Shown: in pieces, positions 46,989 through 55,148 of the stretch | Layout: every line of letters starts with the position of its first letter | Position numbering within the stretch: position 1 is the stretch's first letter | Program-made: the position numbers and the translations under genes | Notes under the pieces: model-generated | What the model was told of the DNA's origin: nothing | The model's database searches: none | What the model saw: only the letters and a program-made list of their open reading frames with translations | Assembly: GCA_024398405.1 (NCBI GenBank) | Contig: JAKSJE010000002.1 | Location: 2,474 to 66,473 of the forward strand | Direction of reading: 5' to 3' | Source: Bacteroidaceae bacterium | GTDB lineage: Bacteria > Bacteroidota > Bacteroidia > Bacteroidales > Bacteroidaceae | Length of the DNA: 64,000 nt

Positions 46989-47228
46989 ACCTTGTTTTTA
47001 CTATTATTAGACAGGTACAAGCCCTATAATCAAGTAAATACAACGGCTGTCCGCTAAACATTTTATTGTTAGTAGCGTTATACGGATTGATAAGATGCCC
47101 AATTTGCCTGATTACGACTCAATAGACGGTTTTTCCCCTTTTAGACGTGTGGATATACATGAATATAGTCGGCTGTCCGACAAATCAACGAATCAAATTT
47201 TGGGTGTGAATGTTTAGCGGACAACAAT
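46963..47228. mobile_element. 266-bp MITE with 17-bp perfect terminal inverted repeats and an 11-bp target-site duplication
   Basis: The left TIR is ATTGTTGTCCGCTAAAC (46963-46979). The right TIR is GTTTAGCGGACAACAAT (47212-47228). The TSD GATAAAGAAAT lies at 46952-46962 and 47229-47239. An internal subterminal copy TGTCCGCTAAACATT starts at 47048. The element has no coding capacity. Confidence 0.8.
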
Positions 47229-47646
47229 GATAAAGAAATTACCTATTCATGCTTCGCGCTCACAAGTCATACGTGCACAAAAGGATTTAGTTGATTGGTA
47301 CAAAAAGGAAATGCCTTCAGTAATGGTTGGAAAATGCAAGGCAAGACGTTTCTACACAAATACAAAAGATGGGTTAGAGGTGATTATCAACAAAAATTTC
47401 TATCAAGAAACAATAAATAAATACCAAGATGACATTCTTTACCCTCTCAAGTTGGCTTACGCAAGGAAGGCTATCGACTTAATCAAAGAAGCCGAATTGG
47501 TAAATCCTGATGAACCAAGTATAGACCACCCGAATGAAATTTTCAAGGTTTATAAATATATTGATGACTGCTATGAGGTTGAAATGAAGTTGAGATGCAA
47601 TAGGGATGGTAATTACTTGCACATAATCAGAATTTACAAAAAATAA
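47227..47646 (+). CDS. AT-rich 139-aa ORF; formerly the C-terminal module of the MuF-domain gene (possible toxin domain)
   Basis: The ATG is formed from the last two bases of the MITE TIR plus the first base of the TSD. Removing the MITE plus one TSD copy fuses it in frame to the MuF ORF (..HQLEIKK|LPIHASR..). GC is visibly ~35%, versus ~52% upstream. Confidence 0.6.
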   Translation: MIKKLPIHASRSQVIRAQKDLVDWYKKEMPSVMVGKCKARRFYTNTKDGLEVIINKNFYQETINKYQDDILYPLKLAYARKAIDLIKEAELVNPDEPSIDHPNEIFKVYKYIDDCYEVEMKLRCNRDGNYLHIIRIYKK

Positions 47647-47744
47647 AAACGCCTTTTCCGTCGCCTCCCTCGTGTGTCTCATGCTTGCATGGACGAAGGG
47701 TAACTTGAAAAGTCGCTTTTATGACCGCAAAGATACAAAAAATT

Positions 47745-47776
47745 CCGTTACTTACAACAAAGTAGCGGTTTTTTTT
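47745..47776 (+). terminator. rho-independent terminator-like hairpin (copy 1 of a 55-bp repeat at 47723-47777)
   Basis: CCGTTACTT-loop-AAGTAGCGG followed by T8. Confidence 0.55.
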
Positions 47777-47896
47777 GCTTTTTTAATAAAAATTTAGCAG
47801 TTCTACGCTATCGTAAAATAGAAAAACCCCTAAGGAACGGCCTTCCATACCGGCATTGTTCCAAAGAGGTTTCCGACCGCAAAATTACAAAAAATT

Positions 47897-47929
47897 CCGT
47901 TACTTCCAAAAAAAGTAGCGGTTTTTTTT
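47897..47929 (+). terminator. rho-independent terminator-like hairpin (copy 2 of the 55-bp repeat at 47875-47930)
   Basis: CCGTTACTT-loop-AAGTAGCGG followed by T8. The 55-bp repeat units are ~85% identical. Confidence 0.55.
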
Positions 47930-48009
47930 GTTTTTACCCTAAAAAAAGCGCCTTGATCCTCACGGACGGCGACACCCAGGGGTAAAAAAACTAATTGAAA
48001 AAAATCATT

Positions 48010-48465
48010 CTAATTTCTATTCTGGTAGGCAGAATTTATTTTTTTAATCACTGCACATTGATAGACCTCGATGTTCTCCAGCAAGTCCTCGTGGTTGTGG
48101 TTAGTCTGGCTCTCTACCAAGTCCAGACCGATATACCGCTCACCACGTTTGCCGGCAAGCAGCTCATGAATGCACTCTAATAGGTCGAACACCTTCAGAC
48201 CGTCTTCCTGGCTCTCGCTGCCATCACTCGTATTCCCGACCCAGTCTGTCACGACATGAAGCTTGATGAACGGCTCCGCCCTGTAGTCACGGCCTGGTAC
48301 CAATGACTCCCATTGGATTGGGCAGAACTCTACGAACACTGCTGGGCGTTCCCAGCCCTCCTCCTGCTCCAGGAACTCCACGTTATGGTTCCACAGGTTC
48401 CCCGCTCCACACAGAGCGCATGACCACGTCTGCCCTTCCGCATCGGTACGTCCGAGAGAGCGCAT
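48010..48465 (-). CDS. hypothetical protein (possible phage structural remnant)
   Basis: 151-aa ORF. Its first ~10 codons lie inside the GC-rich repeat element, so the start is doubtful. No motif recognised. The context is phage-like. Confidence 0.4.
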   Translation of the reverse strand: MRSLGRTDAEGQTWSCALCGAGNLWNHNVEFLEQEEGWERPAVFVEFCPIQWESLVPGRDYRAEPFIKLHVVTDWVGNTSDGSESQEDGLKVFDLLECIHELLAGKRGERYIGLDLVESQTNHNHEDLLENIEVYQCAVIKKINSAYQNRN

Positions 48466-48625
48466 GACCAGGCCTGAGAGAGCGCATGACCAGGCCTGGG
48501 AGAACGCTCACCGAGGCTCCGGCATGCGCTCTCCCAGGCCTCGGTGAGCGAAGTCGCCGACGTGGTCAAGCGTTGTCTCCGCCGCTTCCATGCGATTGCT
48601 CCGCGACGCCTGAGCGTTGTCTGTC
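48450..48625 (-). repeat. GC-rich structured intergenic repeat element, copy B (inverted relative to copy A; two 22-bp tandem units)
   Basis: The reverse complement aligns with 23486-23700. For example, GACCACGTCGGCGACTTCGC..GAGGCCTGGGAGAGCGCATG..GAGCGTTCTCCCAGG..GGTCATGCGCTCTCTCAG is shared. Confidence 0.8.
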
Positions 48626-48692
48626 AGGGACGGTAACGAAAGCGCGCCACTGACGGGTTTCTCAGGGGCTGGACGGCGACCCCATAAAGCCG

Positions 48693-48735
48693 CAGACCGG
48701 TCATTAGCGCATGACTGCCTAATGACCGGTCTGGG
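48693..48735 (-). terminator. 14-bp perfect stem-loop (CAGACCGGTCATTA / TAATGACCGGTCTG) downstream of the 982-aa gene
   Basis: The inverted repeat was read directly and has a 12-nt loop. It lies 52 nt past the stop at 48787 on the minus strand. Confidence 0.5.
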
Positions 48736-48786
48736 ATGGACGGAGGCTCATGGCCTCGTCAATCGTCGGGGGTTACCCGTTGTCCG

Positions 48787-51735
48787 TCACTTACGGATTT
48801 GCTTGCGACCGTTGGATATCACTATGCCACGGAAGCTGTCAGACACCTTCTGTCCCGCAAGGTTGAACATATTGCCGCTGCTGAGAGGCTGTTCGCCACC
48901 GACCGACTCAATCGCGTCTGGTACATCAAGGTTGATGCATTCGAGACGGAAGTTGTCGAGTTTGAACCAACCGAACGAGGCTTGTTCTCTGTTCTCGCCT
49001 GTCGCCGGGTCGATGCGGTCAGTGCGGAAACCAATCCTGACTGGTTCGTTTCCTTCGGTGCCGAAGATGACGCTCGTTGTGTAAGGTATGCTTGAGTAGC
49101 TGTAGCTCGCGTCACGGTAGTTGTTGGCGAAGGTGAGGTACTTCACGTCCTTCTCGCCGTTCCAGATGTCATGCTGCCGTGCAGCCTGAGCGTCTTCAGG
49201 CAGATAGGTCTCATAGTATTCCTCACTGCCGAACATGGTCACGAATCCGTCGGCGAACAAGCGCTGTGTGGAGAGGTTGAACCCGGCCCAGTCGTTCTGT
49301 ACGATGACATCGGCCGACAGTTTGTAAGTACCTGCTGGAAGACCGACCGTCTGCGAGATTTCCACTACTGGAACCGCGCCGCTCCATATACCCCAGAGAT
49401 GGTCGCCGTCGGTATATTGGTGAGTCCATTCATTGCCTTCCTCATCGTATGTGTCCGTCAGTGCGTCCCCGTGGTTGATGGCGCACCAGCCCTGAGTCTG
49501 TGCCTGCACTTCCGCCTGAGTGGCGCAAGCCACACCATTGAGCACGAGGTTCCATCCTGCCGGAGCGGCTTCAACGCCACCGCTCTCGTCCTTACCCTGT
49601 GCAGAGGTGTCCTCGAAACTTGGGTTCTTGATGCGGTTGGTGATGTCCTTGCCTGGCTCCACGACGTTGGATTCGATGCAAGCCTGCAGAGCGTCCTCGA
49701 GTCGCTTGATGGCCTCGGCACACTGTTCGGTGGTGTAAACGCCGCTTGCGTAGCCATCCTCCACTTCGTATATTACGTCTGCGAATTCATCGGCTCCCGG
49801 GTAGTCCTGATAGAGTTCGAACTGCTCCCACGCTCTGGCTATTGCCTCGCTGAGTTTGTTGTATGCCTTCACGTTCTCGCTGACTACAACTATGAGTTCC
49901 CTGACTTCGAAGATGGCTTTGTTGATGGTCTCGATATCCGACTCGGTCGAAATCGCCTTGTATGCCTCCATCTTCTCATCGAGTGAGGCTCTGAGATCCG
50001 CGTTCATGAACTCTGTGTATTCGTAGAGTTCACGGAGTTCCGTGAAGAAGTGCTGGAATATGCCGAATGCATCCTCTGGAATGTAGCCGAGATACTGCAG
50101 CCGGAAGTTGTCGAGTTTGAACCATCCGTCACCGCCGGCGGAGTTCAACGAAGTGCGGTTAGCGGCTGCCACATTGCCGTCGGTGCGGAGTCCGAGGGTG
50201 AGGGTGCCGTCATAGACGTATGCCCTGACCTGCATAGGGAAGAGGGTGCGGTCGGTAACGTAGTATTGGTCGTTGCCCTGGAAACCATATACTTCGGTCT
50301 TGTCGAGTTCGTCGCTGTTGTATTCCTCAGCGAAGCCGAAATATGTGGAGTTCAGATTGGCGAAGATTCTCTGTGTCGTCATGCGGCTGCCACTACCGTT
50401 CGCGCCTGCCATGAGTCCTGCCGAGACGATGTAGGATCCGTTCTCGAGCCCGTCGATCTTCTGGCTGATCTCATAACGTGGGATGCTTCCGTTCCAGATG
50501 CCGAAGATATAGTTTCCGGCCATTGCCTCACCGTCGGCATCGTTGTTGATTCCGTGCCATGCAGTGAGTCCGGCGTTCTTGGCGTCGTCGGCTGTGACAA
50601 TCTGGTTGCCGTTGACATAGACATTCCATCCTGTAGGAGCGCCCTCCACACCAGTGGTCTGGTTGCCGTTCTGAGATGAGAGGTCTTCGAAGCTTGGGTT
50701 CTGGATGGCTGCGGTGAAGTCGCCGGTACCTTCCCTGTAGTTCTTCAGTGCCGCGTTGAGAGCCTTCAGTGCCGACTCCGTTCCCACGAGGTCAGTCACG
50801 CTGTCGAATGCCTTCTTCGCCGCGTCGGTAGCGGACTTGAGCACAGCGTCTTCCGTCACATTGGCGGCGATGGCCTCAAGTATGGTGTTGTAGAGATTCA
50901 CCTTTGCGTTCACGATGGAAATGATCGTTGGATTGTCGAGAGTATAGTCGTACTCTTCGCTCTCATATATGGCAGTGACCGCTTCGAGAGTCGCCGCGAA
51001 ACCATCATGGAAGTCAGGGTTGATGTTCTCGTTGTTTACGAAATTGTTCTCGAATGCAGTGATGGAGGTATATGCGGCAGCCCTGCCCATGTACTCCTGG
51101 TAGTGCTCCACATTCACGAAATTCCAGTGGCATGTGGTGGAGTCGGCGAGGAAGTAGTTGCCTTCATCATCCATGAGACGCTCTCCTGTCTCCGGGTCGG
51201 TGAGGAAACCATGGTAGATGTCGCCACTCTGATAGACGTTGCTGTCATAGAAAGGGCAGATAGGATATGTGTTGCCCGCATTCATGAGGACATCGAAGCC
51301 GATGGTGCCAGCCCAGTTTCCTGCGTCGGCGATGAGACGATAGACACCGTCACTCACATTGACCACCTTGAACCGAGGTGTTGTTTCAGTGTCAGGGCAC
51401 TCACCTATTACCTTGCAGAAAAGATTGACGTAGTTTGGCACTATGACCAGATACTTAGGGTCGCCCTCCACGTTCTGCTCGATGAACGACCAAGTGCCGT
51501 CGTCCTGCTTCACGGACTTGAAGGTGACGAAATTCTCTGATGTACCGAACTCATAACAGATGGCACCATCCCAGGAAGTATGCCCGAGCCACATGCTACG
51601 GGTGTTTACGTTCTGGAGCAGATAGGTCGCACCGTCTTCCAGGTTGTCACCTGCAGGTGGGACGATGGCCGATGCGGAGACGGCAGTCGCGAACATGCAG
51701 ACAGCCATCAGGATTTTGAAATAACGTTTTCTCAT
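48787..51735 (-). CDS. T9SS-sorted secreted protein with two CBM-like (galactose-binding-like) repeats
   Basis: 982-aa ORF with signal MRKRYFKILMAVCMFATAVSASA. It has two paralogous ~200-aa modules, starting IQNPSFEDLSS..GWNVY.. and IKNPSFEDTSA..GWNLV... Each module ends in GWFKLDNFRL. The C-terminus ..FNLAGQKVSDSFRGIVISNGRKQIRK resembles a type-A CTD. Confidence 0.8.
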   Translation of the reverse strand: MRKRYFKILMAVCMFATAVSASAIVPPAGDNLEDGATYLLQNVNTRSMWLGHTSWDGAICYEFGTSENFVTFKSVKQDDGTWSFIEQNVEGDPKYLVIVPNYVNLFCKVIGECPDTETTPRFKVVNVSDGVYRLIADAGNWAGTIGFDVLMNAGNTYPICPFYDSNVYQSGDIYHGFLTDPETGERLMDDEGNYFLADSTTCHWNFVNVEHYQEYMGRAAAYTSITAFENNFVNNENINPDFHDGFAATLEAVTAIYESEEYDYTLDNPTIISIVNAKVNLYNTILEAIAANVTEDAVLKSATDAAKKAFDSVTDLVGTESALKALNAALKNYREGTGDFTAAIQNPSFEDLSSQNGNQTTGVEGAPTGWNVYVNGNQIVTADDAKNAGLTAWHGINNDADGEAMAGNYIFGIWNGSIPRYEISQKIDGLENGSYIVSAGLMAGANGSGSRMTTQRIFANLNSTYFGFAEEYNSDELDKTEVYGFQGNDQYYVTDRTLFPMQVRAYVYDGTLTLGLRTDGNVAAANRTSLNSAGGDGWFKLDNFRLQYLGYIPEDAFGIFQHFFTELRELYEYTEFMNADLRASLDEKMEAYKAISTESDIETINKAIFEVRELIVVVSENVKAYNKLSEAIARAWEQFELYQDYPGADEFADVIYEVEDGYASGVYTTEQCAEAIKRLEDALQACIESNVVEPGKDITNRIKNPSFEDTSAQGKDESGGVEAAPAGWNLVLNGVACATQAEVQAQTQGWCAINHGDALTDTYDEEGNEWTHQYTDGDHLWGIWSGAVPVVEISQTVGLPAGTYKLSADVIVQNDWAGFNLSTQRLFADGFVTMFGSEEYYETYLPEDAQAARQHDIWNGEKDVKYLTFANNYRDASYSYSSIPYTTSVIFGTEGNEPVRIGFRTDRIDPATGENREQASFGWFKLDNFRLECINLDVPDAIESVGGEQPLSSGNMFNLAGQKVSDSFRGIVISNGRKQIRK

Positions 51736-51840
51736 GATTAGTAGATAAATTAAATGTGAGTATATAAAGAGTGGTTACAATAAACAAGCACATGTGACCG
51801 ACGGAGAGAGAGCCGCTGTCTTTCCCCTCATCGGCCGATG

Positions 51841-52797
51841 TCATGCGTCCCAGCCTATGGCTGAAGCTCCGAGCAGGGCTGCATCCGCATCCTTGAGTTG
51901 GCTGACGAGGACTTTGACCTTGCCTTTCCACAGGTGTAGCATTGACGCCTCCATGTATTTCCTGACAGGCTCCATGATGAAGTCGCCGGCTTTGGTCAGT
52001 CCGCCGAACAAGATGAACGCTTCCGGTGTGGAGAAGGCAGTGAAGTCAGCAAGAGCCTCACCAAGTATCTTGCCGGTATAGTCGAAGATTTCTTTCGCGA
52101 TCTTGTCACCTTTGACAGCCGCTTCGAAAACGTCCTTAGACTCAACAGGACGGTCTATGATGGCTCTCAGGAGACTTGGCTCGTCACTCTGTTCCAGACG
52201 TTCCCTGGCCGTCCTTGCCACTCCCGTGGCAGAACAGTAAGTCTCAAGACAACCTCTGCGACCGCATCCACATGGCCTCCCGCCTTTCTCTACGATGACG
52301 TGGCCGAGCTCACCGGCGAAACCATCGTGGCCGTAGATGAGCTGTCCGTTCGCTACGATGCCTGAGCCTACCCCCGTGCCGAGGGTGATTTCGATGAAGT
52401 CTCTCATACCCCGTGCCGCTCCGTACTTCATCTCTCCGATGGCGGCCGCATTGGCGTCATTGGTGAGCGCCGCAGGAACGCCGAGTCTCTCACTGAAGCA
52501 TTTCGCGAGAGGCGCGACCCCCTTTCCCCATTCGAGGTTGGCCGCTCCCTCCACACAGCCTGTATAGTAGTTGGCACAAGGTGCGCCGATTCCGAATCCT
52601 TGTATCTGACTGATGCCGCCGAATTTATCTATAAGCGGTCTCAGTCCGTCACAGACGGCATCAACATACTCGTCAAGTTGTTTGTACTGCTGGGTCTTAA
52701 TGGAATCTGTACACAATATGTTCCCGTCTCTGTCAACGATGCCGAACACGCTGTTCGTACCACCGATGTCCATTCCCGCTACGTATGGCTTGCTCAT
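51841..52797 (-). CDS. ROK-family sugar kinase (glucokinase-like)
   Basis: 318-aa ORF. The ATP-binding start is GMDIGGTNSVFGIV. The ROK zinc motif is GHV...GGRPCGCGRRGCLETYCS. Confidence 0.85.
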   Translation of the reverse strand: MSKPYVAGMDIGGTNSVFGIVDRDGNILCTDSIKTQQYKQLDEYVDAVCDGLRPLIDKFGGISQIQGFGIGAPCANYYTGCVEGAANLEWGKGVAPLAKCFSERLGVPAALTNDANAAAIGEMKYGAARGMRDFIEITLGTGVGSGIVANGQLIYGHDGFAGELGHVIVEKGGRPCGCGRRGCLETYCSATGVARTARERLEQSDEPSLLRAIIDRPVESKDVFEAAVKGDKIAKEIFDYTGKILGEALADFTAFSTPEAFILFGGLTKAGDFIMEPVRKYMEASMLHLWKGKVKVLVSQLKDADAALLGASAIGWDA

Positions 52798-52898
52798 GAT
52801 GATTGGGATTGATAAGTTTTGATGTGCAAAAATAGGATAATTATTTCGATTGACAAAACAATTTGGGGAATAATCATGTCGATTTCAATTATTTTTTC

Positions 52899-52906
52899 TA
52901 ACTTTG
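52899..52906 (+). promoter_or_regulatory. -7 box (TAACTTTG) for the L-galactose cluster
   Basis: Matches TAnnTTTG, 21 nt upstream of the ATG at 52927. A divergent TATTTTTG on the minus strand at 52827-52834 may serve the ROK gene. Confidence 0.45.
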
Positions 52907-52926
52907 CGTCAATTAACGAATGAAAT

Positions 52927-53301
52927 ATGGACGGTTACACACAAAATCAGCATCCGGTCAGGGTTAAGCGCTATTGTCAGACCATGGATCTGAAAGACGA
53001 CCCTGAATTGATAGAGAAGTACAAACAGATTCACAGCAAAGAAGGCGCATGGAAGGAGGTCATCGACGGCATACGAGAGGTGGGCATCCTGGAGATGGAG
53101 GTATATCTCTGCGGTTCGCGTGTCGTCATGATTGTTGACGCCCCCGAGGATTTCGACTGGGGTGCCGCGATGACACAGTTGGCGGGACTGCCTTACCAGC
53201 AGGAATGGGAGGAGCATGTGGCACAATGCCAGGAGTGTCCCGCAGCCGCCACATCGGATGAGAAATGGCAGATGATGGAGAGGATTTTCCACCTATATTG
53301 A
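52927..53301 (+). CDS. RhaM-family aldose mutarotase (L-rhamnose/L-fucose/L-galactose mutarotase-like)
   Basis: 124-aa ORF. The segment ..KRYCQTMDLKDDPELIEKYKQIHSKEGAWKEVIDGIREVGILEMEVY fits the small dimeric alpha-beta-barrel mutarotase family. Confidence 0.65.
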   Translation: MDGYTQNQHPVRVKRYCQTMDLKDDPELIEKYKQIHSKEGAWKEVIDGIREVGILEMEVYLCGSRVVMIVDAPEDFDWGAAMTQLAGLPYQQEWEEHVAQCQECPAAATSDEKWQMMERIFHLY

Positions 53302-53319
53302 ATTACTATACGGCACGCT

Positions 53320-54267
53320 ATGAACAGACATAAAATAGGTAAGACCGGCTTAGAGGTCAGTGCGCTTAGTTTCGGTGCGTCATCGTTGGGCAGTGTCTTC
53401 CATGAGACGAAGGAATCCCTGGCCATTGAAGCCGTACATGCAGCCGTCGATGGCGGGATGGACTTCATCGACGTGTCACCCTACTATGGACATTACAAAG
53501 CCGAGACCGTGTTAGGCAAGGCCTTGAAAGAGATTCCACGTGAGAGCTATCACCTCTCCACGAAGGTGGGCCGGTATGGCAAGGACGGGGTGAACACCTG
53601 GGACTATTCCGGCAAAAAAGCACAGGAGAGTGTCTTCGAAAGCATGGAGCGACTGAACATCGACTATATCGATATCATAAACGTCCATGACATCGAGTTC
53701 CAGGCGTCACTTCCGGGCGGACTGCTCAAGGTGGCAGAGGAAACACTTCCCGCGCTCGTTGAACTCCGTGACAAAGGAGTAGTAGGGCATGTGGGGATTA
53801 CCGACCTGCAGTTGGAGAACCTGAAATGGGTCATCGACCATGTCCCGGAGGGAACCGTGGAGTCAGTGCTGAACTTCTGTCATTTCTGCCTGAACGACGA
53901 CAAACTGACCGAGTTCCTCGATTACTTCGAAGGCAAGGGCATCGGCGTGATCAACGCCTCGCCATTGTCAATGGGTTTGCTCTCCACAAGAGGTGCGCCC
54001 GACTGGCATCCGGCGCCTCAGAGCCTGAAGGACGCCTGCACTAAAGCAGCCCGGCATTGTGCCGCCAAGGGCTATCCAATAGAGAAACTCGCGATGCAGT
54101 ATTCCGTGAGCAATGACAGGATAGCAACCACATTGTTCAGCAGCGCCAATCCGGACAACGTACGCAGGAACATCGAATGGGTGGAAGAGGATATTGACTG
54201 GGCTCTCGTCGAGGAGGTCAAGGAAATCATAGGAAATCAAATGTGTGTGTCATGGAGCAATACATAA
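53320..54267 (+). CDS. aldo/keto reductase; candidate L-galactose (L-fucose-type) 1-dehydrogenase
   Basis: 315-aa ORF with the AKR N-terminus (KIGKTGLEVSALSFGASSLG..) and DVSPYYG. The substrate assignment comes from context. Confidence 0.7.
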   Translation: MNRHKIGKTGLEVSALSFGASSLGSVFHETKESLAIEAVHAAVDGGMDFIDVSPYYGHYKAETVLGKALKEIPRESYHLSTKVGRYGKDGVNTWDYSGKKAQESVFESMERLNIDYIDIINVHDIEFQASLPGGLLKVAEETLPALVELRDKGVVGHVGITDLQLENLKWVIDHVPEGTVESVLNFCHFCLNDDKLTEFLDYFEGKGIGVINASPLSMGLLSTRGAPDWHPAPQSLKDACTKAARHCAAKGYPIEKLAMQYSVSNDRIATTLFSSANPDNVRRNIEWVEEDIDWALVEEVKEIIGNQMCVSWSNT

Positions 54268-55148
54268 GGATCGTTGATGCCCACAGCCACTTGTGGCTTC
54301 GTCAGGACACGTTGGTTGACGGAGCTCCGGTCAGGACCCTCGACGGAAACTCCAGCCGCAGCAACTTCCTTGGCACCGAGGTCCAGATGCTGCCACCGTT
54401 CATGACGGACGGAAGGAACTCGGCAGAGGTGTTTCTCTCGAACATGGACTACGCCCAGGTGTCGGCGGCAGTGGTGGTGCAGGAAATCATCGACGGCAAT
54501 CAAGATGGTTATCTTGCAGAAGTGCAGGGCAAGTACCCGGACCGGTTCCTATGTTGCGGATTGATTGACGGTCAGGCGACACGCCCCCGGCCGGACAGAC
54601 GTTTCAAGGCCTTTGCCATGCCTGGTCACAGAATCAGAAAGAGTCTCTTGGATTTCATCCCGCTTTTCAAAGAGATGGAAAGCAGAGGCCAGATACTGTC
54701 GATGTGTCTGGCAGACGACGAGAGACAGATCGGTGAGATGCAGGAGGTGGTGGATGAATGCCCCGGCCTGAAGATAGCCATAGGCCATTTCGGGATGGTC
54801 ACCACACCGAGCTGGAAGTCACAGATACTGTTGGCTCGTAACGACAATGTCATGGTGGAGTCAGGCGGAATCACATGGCTATACAACAGTGAATTCTATC
54901 CCTACCCTTCCGCCGTGAGGTCAATACGAGAGGCTGCAGACATGGTGGGAATGGACAAACTGATGTGGGGGTCTGACTATCCGAGGACAATAACAGCCAT
55001 AACATACAGGATGTCGTACGATTTCATTCTGAAGTCAGACCAGCTGACACCTGAGGAAAAAGAGAAGTTCCTATCAGACAATGCAAGGAATTTCTATGGT
55101 TTCAAGGAACTGAAAACATTACCTTATATAAAAAACATGAGCGAATAA
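54243..55148 (+). CDS. amidohydrolase-2 family lactonase; candidate L-galactono-1,5-lactonase
   Basis: 301-aa ORF; an alternative start lies at 54252. The metal-binding HxH is at the N-terminus (IVDAHSHLW) and ..WGSDYP is at the C-terminus. It overlaps the AKR gene's end. Confidence 0.7.
   Translation: MCVMEQYIRIVDAHSHLWLRQDTLVDGAPVRTLDGNSSRSNFLGTEVQMLPPFMTDGRNSAEVFLSNMDYAQVSAAVVVQEIIDGNQDGYLAEVQGKYPDRFLCCGLIDGQATRPRPDRRFKAFAMPGHRIRKSLLDFIPLFKEMESRGQILSMCLADDERQIGEMQEVVDECPGLKIAIGHFGMVTTPSWKSQILLARNDNVMVESGGITWLYNSEFYPYPSAVRSIREAADMVGMDKLMWGSDYPRTITAITYRMSYDFILKSDQLTPEEKEKFLSDNARNFYGFKELKTLPYIKNMSE

Noticed and set aside
46963-47228. The 17-bp inverted repeats considered as the boundaries of a phase-variable invertible promoter
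   Set aside because: The flanking 11-bp direct duplication and the exact in-frame restoration of a single gene on excision fit a transposon insertion far better. No invertase gene is nearby.
23486-48625. The 25-kb segment between the two inverted GC-rich repeat copies considered as an invertible region
   Set aside because: The copies are only ~200 bp and clearly diverged. No recombinase lies adjacent, and the gene organisation on both sides looks native. The idea is kept only as a remark under the repeat finding.
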